DNA of 10,619 nucleotides from Chlamydiales bacterium (GTDB lineage Bacteria; Chlamydiota; Chlamydiia; Chlamydiales; JBDQID01): NCBI GenBank assembly GCA_047611865.1, contig JBLFWS010000117.1, positions 1 to 10,619 of the forward strand, read 5' to 3'. Shown piece by piece: positions 6,956 to 10,619 of this stretch (position 1 is its first letter; each line of letters starts with the position of its first letter). The notes under the pieces were generated by a model. It saw only the letters and a program-made list of their open reading frames with translations, ran no database searches and was not told where the DNA came from. The position numbers and the translations under genes were made by a program.

Positions 6956-7030
6956 TTTCCCCTCGTTACCTTAATGAAGTCTTTGAAAATACTAATGAAT
7001 TTTGACAAAGCCTTCCCCCACAATAGATGT

Positions 7031-7059
7031 AGTATAGCATAGTCAACATTAAATTTGAA
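7031..7059 (-). promoter_or_regulatory. Candidate sigma70/sigma66-type promoter for the translocon operon
   Basis: Minus strand: TTCAAA (7059-7054), 17 nt, TATACT (7036-7031), with an extended -10 TGn. The region is AT-rich, so chance matches are possible. Confidence 0.4.
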
Positions 7060-7111
7060 TTACATTATAATAAATTTCATATAGTATGACGGGATTTTGG
7101 GTATATAGAGA

Positions 7112-7141
7112 TTGTTTGTTTATATGTTTTTTTGATAGTAT
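7112..7141 (+). promoter_or_regulatory. Weak candidate promoter for the 157-aa gene
   Basis: TTGTTT (7112-7117), 18 nt, TAGTAT (7136-7141) preceded by TGn, about 10 nt upstream of GGAGG. Confidence 0.25.
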
Positions 7142-7175
7142 TTAATTTAACGGAGGAAATGTATGGATTTAATTC

Positions 7176-7649
7176 ATGGATAAAAAAAGTGAAGATAATA
7201 AAGATTTTGAAAAGCCTCAGAGGCAAGCAATAGAATTTTTTGATGGAGAAATGCTACAAAGCGTTGAGAATCTGCGCCAAGATTTTCTCTTAGTAAATCG
7301 ACGAGCGAAAAAAGTTCTTGGAACAATAGGAGTAAAATATAAAGATTTAAAGCAGTATATGCAAGATTCTCGGAATTTCACTACAAATGAGTGGGAGTTT
7401 CTGGAGCAGGGTCGCAAAGAGGCTAGAGAGTTTAAAACAAGCATGTTGCGAGCTCTCGGGGTGGACATGGATAAAAAAGCAAAGGAAGTGCGCCAGGCTG
7501 TAGAAAAGCAGAAAGTAGCTAGAGAAGAAGCAAAAGAGAAAAAATCCAAATTGAAAGCAAAATTGGCTGCGAGGAAGAAACAAGACAAGGCAAGTAGCAA
7601 ACGGCGAAAGAAGACTATTGGTTTGAAAAACCGTTGGATGCAAATGTAA
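7176..7649 (+). CDS. Hypothetical helical protein, 157 aa, with a very basic C-terminal tail
   Basis: Clean ORF divergent from the operon and flanked by AT-rich spacers. Central motif YMQDSRNFTTNEWEFLEQGR; tail KRRKKTIGLKNRWMQM. I recall small chlamydial hypothetical proteins with a similar NF-x4-W motif and a basic Trp-containing end, but this is unverified. Confidence 0.75.
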   Translation: MDKKSEDNKDFEKPQRQAIEFFDGEMLQSVENLRQDFLLVNRRAKKVLGTIGVKYKDLKQYMQDSRNFTTNEWEFLEQGRKEAREFKTSMLRALGVDMDKKAKEVRQAVEKQKVAREEAKEKKSKLKAKLAARKKQDKASSKRRKKTIGLKNRWMQM

Positions 7650-7897
7650 GTTCCTTATTAGTTTTATCTAAAACTTTATATATATAATTAAATCGTTCTG
7701 TCGGCAAGTATCTACTGAATCCATTTATGAATATTTGATTTGTAAATTATTTTATGTAGAATTTAGCTTGTCTCGATATTTCAAGTTAAAATACATTCCC
7801 TTTATAAGTTCCTAAAGATAAATTTATTCTATTTAAGTCTAGTTGAATCACGTAGTTGCAGTCGTAATTGTGATATCAGCGCCTCTATAGTAAATTA

Positions 7898-7926
7898 TTG
7901 AACTTAAAGCTTCTATTTAGTATAAT
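7898..7926 (+). promoter_or_regulatory. sigma70/sigma66-type promoter for the large plus-strand ORF
   Basis: TTGAAC (7898-7903), exactly 17 nt, then a perfect TATAAT (7921-7926), 66 nt upstream of ATG 7993. Confidence 0.7.
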
Positions 7927-7992
7927 GAATTCTATGAATGGGGTGCTTTGTGCCTAAATAATTCGATTTTTTTGTCCCATCGGGGGGAACTT

Positions 7993-10619
7993 ATGACTAA
8001 CAGTATTGAGGGATTAGGCGGCGGCGGAACCGGTGCGGTGACTGGTGCCGAGCTTGATTTACTCGAAGAAGGAAAAGTTAAACTTGCGGGTGCCGAAAGT
8101 AAGCTAAACGATGCTCTAGATCAAGTTGACGAAGCTAAGCTGCGTATGGATGCGTTTGAAGATATGGTTTTATTTAATTATGGAGCTGTTACAGGTTTGC
8201 GTACTGAGTTAAATAGGGCTCGCGGAGAATTGAAAAGAATTCAGGAAGAAAAAGTCATCATATCTGAACTCGTCCGAAGAATCAGTATTCAAGTTACCCT
8301 TGCAGAAAGAGAGTTAGGAAAAGGGACCGACGCTTTAAGAGTGTTTCTTGATAAAATTGGAGACCTGGAAGGAGATCAGCCAGCAACAGAGCTTATGGAA
8401 AGTCTTGAAAGCGGTAGGCTTTCTCTAGATGTAAAGGTACAAGAGCTGGAAGATCATCTTAATGGAGTTTCTGGGGATTTAGGTTTTGGAGATCTTGTTG
8501 AGCATTCGAAAACGGAGATGGCTAATATTGGCGGTAGATCGGTAGAAGTTTTTTTAGAATTAGAATTACCAAACCTGTTAAGTGTCTCTGAAGGAAGCTT
8601 TCTTCAAAGGAAACTTCGAGTTGATACCGAAGTTCGAAATATTGACTCGGAAGAAGCTTACCTTATTTCGATCTCAAAGGCTTTGAATAAGGGAGGCATT
8701 AGCGTAGATTCAAACAACGCTTTTAATAAGGCTCTGGAAGAAATGGTGAAACTCCCCTCGAGAGGGTCTGGGCAAAGAGCTGAGGGATTAGTAGCTAAGG
8801 CGGCACGGGGAACTGAATGGGGAAACCTTGGCGCTAGCGGGACAGCAATGGGGTACGTTAATGAAGCAACACAACAACTGGAGGCATCCTTAGTTAACGT
8901 AGAGAACGCTCAAAACTTATTTAATATCGAAAATGGAAGAGGTGTCAGTGAATTCAAAGCTGGTTTGAACAATTTTTGGGCTTCAAACGTTGCAATTGGA
9001 CTTTTCAAGTTGAGAAATGAAGAGGATGTGACATTGCCAACTGCTTTCCAAGTTGAAAATCAGGAATACGTTGTTAGACCTGCCGAAGGTGACCAAGATT
9101 TTATCTCACAGGGTGGATATGTCGAAATGGTTAACTTATTGCATACTATGGAAGATGCAATAGCAAACTCCGGTAAAGGAACCCTTTTTACGAGAAGTGA
9201 AGAAAATGCCTTTTGGGGGATTACGGAGGAAAAGATTTTTCAGGTGATCTCTCCTGATGGAGCATCCATTGATGTGAAACAAACAGTCAGACTTGATGCA
9301 CCTGACCGAGCTGCGAAAAGAGAGGGAAACATATCGGATTGGGAAGGTACGACGGCTTTACAAGATTATGATGTAAATATTGATAGTATGGCCGATCACG
9401 ATTTTTTTCTTTTGGCATGTCGTATTATGAACGCTTCTAAACAACTAAAAAATATTTCGACAGGAGGGGCCCTTTCCCCTGGTTTGGCAGCTCAGGCTCG
9501 ATGGACAGCAAGCCTTACAAGTATATTAGGAGCGGCACATGATGAGCTCAAATTGTTGGATCAAACAGGAAGAAATCGGCCAATTACTCTTGCCACTGGG
9601 GTTGAAACCACTTCAGGTATGCTGGGTCTGAGAAAAGCTTTTAAAACATGGACATCTGTGGGGGGCTTAGATCACTACCAACATATGAAAAGTGCTCTCA
9701 AACAGATAAATGTAGGGGAAGGGACTTCTGGTACTATTATTCGTCCTTCTACACAAGACCTGCTCTTTTTCGAGTATGCGTCAACAGGGGAGGCTGCACT
9801 AAACAGACAGATAGGATCTCTCGGCGAGACGATGGAACTCCTGAATAATTATCTCGAACAATTAAACAATGTTGATGGGGTAATGTCTGATCCTGAACTT
9901 CAGGTTAACCACAAAGGACTTTTGGAAAATAGTTCGAGCTTCCAGGCTTCCTCTGATGGGGTCGCGATAGTCAATGCCCTCAACGGTTTATTTGAAATGG
10001 TAAAGGTAAAATCGGATGTCATTGGAACAAAGGTCACTGATGATGGGAAGGAATACAAAACCGATGCTGGAGAGACGGGGCAGCTCAACTCAGCACAGAG
10101 AATTGAAGTAGCGAAGCTTCTGGCGAGAGCAAAGCTTAGGCTAAAGGGCGACAATGGATTCGACTCAGCAACGGATGAGATAAAAAGGCCTTTAGAAGAA
10201 ATCGAGCAGGGAGAGGATGATACCGGAACTTCGAAGGAAAGTGAAGAGCACTTTACAGAACGTTTGAAAGAAAAAAGAAACGATGTGGAAAAATCTTTTA
10301 AGTCTTTTGTCGGTGAGGGTCAATTTGTTGGCACTCCTGCAACACTTTCGGGATATGAACTAGATGAGATTAATTCTCAAATGCAACACTTGAACCAGAC
10401 GTTAGGTGACCTTCCAGAGGATACAACATTTTTTAGTCACATAGGACTTGTGGGGACTACTGCGGCAACTGCTGAGCTTATACAAGATTCCATGCATCAC
10501 CTTTTTAATGACGAAGGGTTTTCAGGGAACCTCAGTGCGGCGATCACGCACGGGCAGGGAGTGAATGATGTTTTGAAGCAAAACCTAAAGAAGACTATGT
10601 TTGTTTATCAAGAATTTAT
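7993..10619 (+). CDS. Large helical protein, at least 875 aa, runs off the right edge; probable T3SS substrate, C-terminal region tentatively DUF582 (CT620/CT621 family)-like
   Basis: Hand translation shows no stop from ATG 7993 to the edge: MTNSIEGLGGGGTGAVTGAELDLLEEGKVKLAGAESKLNDALDQVDEAKLRMDAFE...RPSTQDLLFFEYASTGEAALNRQIGSLGETMELLNNYLEQLNNV...FSGNLSAAITHGQGVNDVLKQNLKKTMFVYQEF. A G-rich SD (7982-7987) and a promoter lie upstream. The N-terminus is flexible and Gly/Thr-rich with no Sec signal. The ORF is secure; the family call is recollection only (about 0.45). Confidence 0.85.
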   Translation, partial: MTNSIEGLGGGGTGAVTGAELDLLEEGKVKLAGAESKLNDALDQVDEAKLRMDAFEDMVLFNYGAVTGLRTELNRARGELKRIQEEKVIISELVRRISIQVTLAERELGKGTDALRVFLDKIGDLEGDQPATELMESLESGRLSLDVKVQELEDHLNGVSGDLGFGDLVEHSKTEMANIGGRSVEVFLELELPNLLSVSEGSFLQRKLRVDTEVRNIDSEEAYLISISKALNKGGISVDSNNAFNKALEEMVKLPSRGSGQRAEGLVAKAARGTEWGNLGASGTAMGYVNEATQQLEASLVNVENAQNLFNIENGRGVSEFKAGLNNFWASNVAIGLFKLRNEEDVTLPTAFQVENQEYVVRPAEGDQDFISQGGYVEMVNLLHTMEDAIANSGKGTLFTRSEENAFWGITEEKIFQVISPDGASIDVKQTVRLDAPDRAAKREGNISDWEGTTALQDYDVNIDSMADHDFFLLACRIMNASKQLKNISTGGALSPGLAAQARWTASLTSILGAAHDELKLLDQTGRNRPITLATGVETTSGMLGLRKAFKTWTSVGGLDHYQHMKSALKQINVGEGTSGTIIRPSTQDLLFFEYASTGEAALNRQIGSLGETMELLNNYLEQLNNVDGVMSDPELQVNHKGLLENSSSFQASSDGVAIVNALNGLFEMVKVKSDVIGTKVTDDGKEYKTDAGETGQLNSAQRIEVAKLLARAKLRLKGDNGFDSATDEIKRPLEEIEQGEDDTGTSKESEEHFTERLKEKRNDVEKSFKSFVGEGQFVGTPATLSGYELDEINSQMQHLNQTLGDLPEDTTFFSHIGLVGTTAATAELIQDSMHHLFNDEGFSGNLSAAITHGQGVNDVLKQNLKKTMFVYQEF

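Noticed and set aside
7002..7071. Perfect TTGACA (7002-7007, +) and palindromic ATTATAAT (7064-7071)
   Set aside because: Neither has a convincing partner hexamer at 16-18 nt spacing, and such matches are expected in AT-rich DNA.
7217..7643. Minus-strand ORFs 7217-7600 and 7347-7643
   Set aside because: Antisense to the Lys-rich 157-aa gene, with shadow-type composition.
7660..7677. Inverted repeat AGTTTTA-TC-TAAAACT after the 157-aa gene as a terminator
   Set aside because: The stem is almost all A-T with a very tight loop and only a short T run, too weak to call.
7698..7727. Possible sigma28 promoter on the minus strand (TAAA...GCCGACAG)
   Set aside because: The spacing is 18 nt rather than about 15, and it would point antisense into the 157-aa gene.
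9648..10154. ORFs 9648-9848 (+) and 9900-10154 (-)
   Set aside because: They are alternative-frame or antisense ORFs inside the continuous reading frame that starts at 7993.
1..10619. CRISPR array, IS/transposase, integrase, tRNA or rRNA
   Set aside because: No regularly spaced DNA repeats, terminal inverted repeats, recombinase motifs or structured RNA gene signatures were seen; the tandem repeats found are in-frame coding repeats.

Overview
This window looks like a type III secretion (T3SS) translocon locus, most likely from a member of the phylum Chlamydiae. The taxonomy is inferred from recalled protein resemblance, not from a search. A minus-strand gene run (6955 to the left edge) encodes three tandem paralogues of unknown function (276, 280 and 575 aa), an LcrH/SycD (Scc2-like) TPR chaperone, an unusually long 752-aa CopB/SctE-like translocator, and the first 119 codons of a CopD/SctB-like translocator with a PxLxxP chaperone-binding motif. 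That last gene is missing from the ORF track. On the plus strand are a basic 157-aa protein and, behind a near-consensus sigma70/sigma66-type promoter, an ORF of at least 875 codons (7993 to the right edge, also missing from the track) whose C-terminal part tentatively resembles chlamydial DUF582-type secreted proteins. Main findings: (1) the three paralogues share a two-helix scaffold around a variable, increasingly hydrophobic insert and sit where tip/filament genes (lcrV, sseB) usually sit; (2) AAGGAU recurs in hairpin loops in the operon's leaders and spacers, resembling CsrA/RsmA sites; (3) the major translocator has a Lys/Ala repeat expansion and a possible internal duplication. No mobile element, CRISPR array, tRNA or rRNA was seen.
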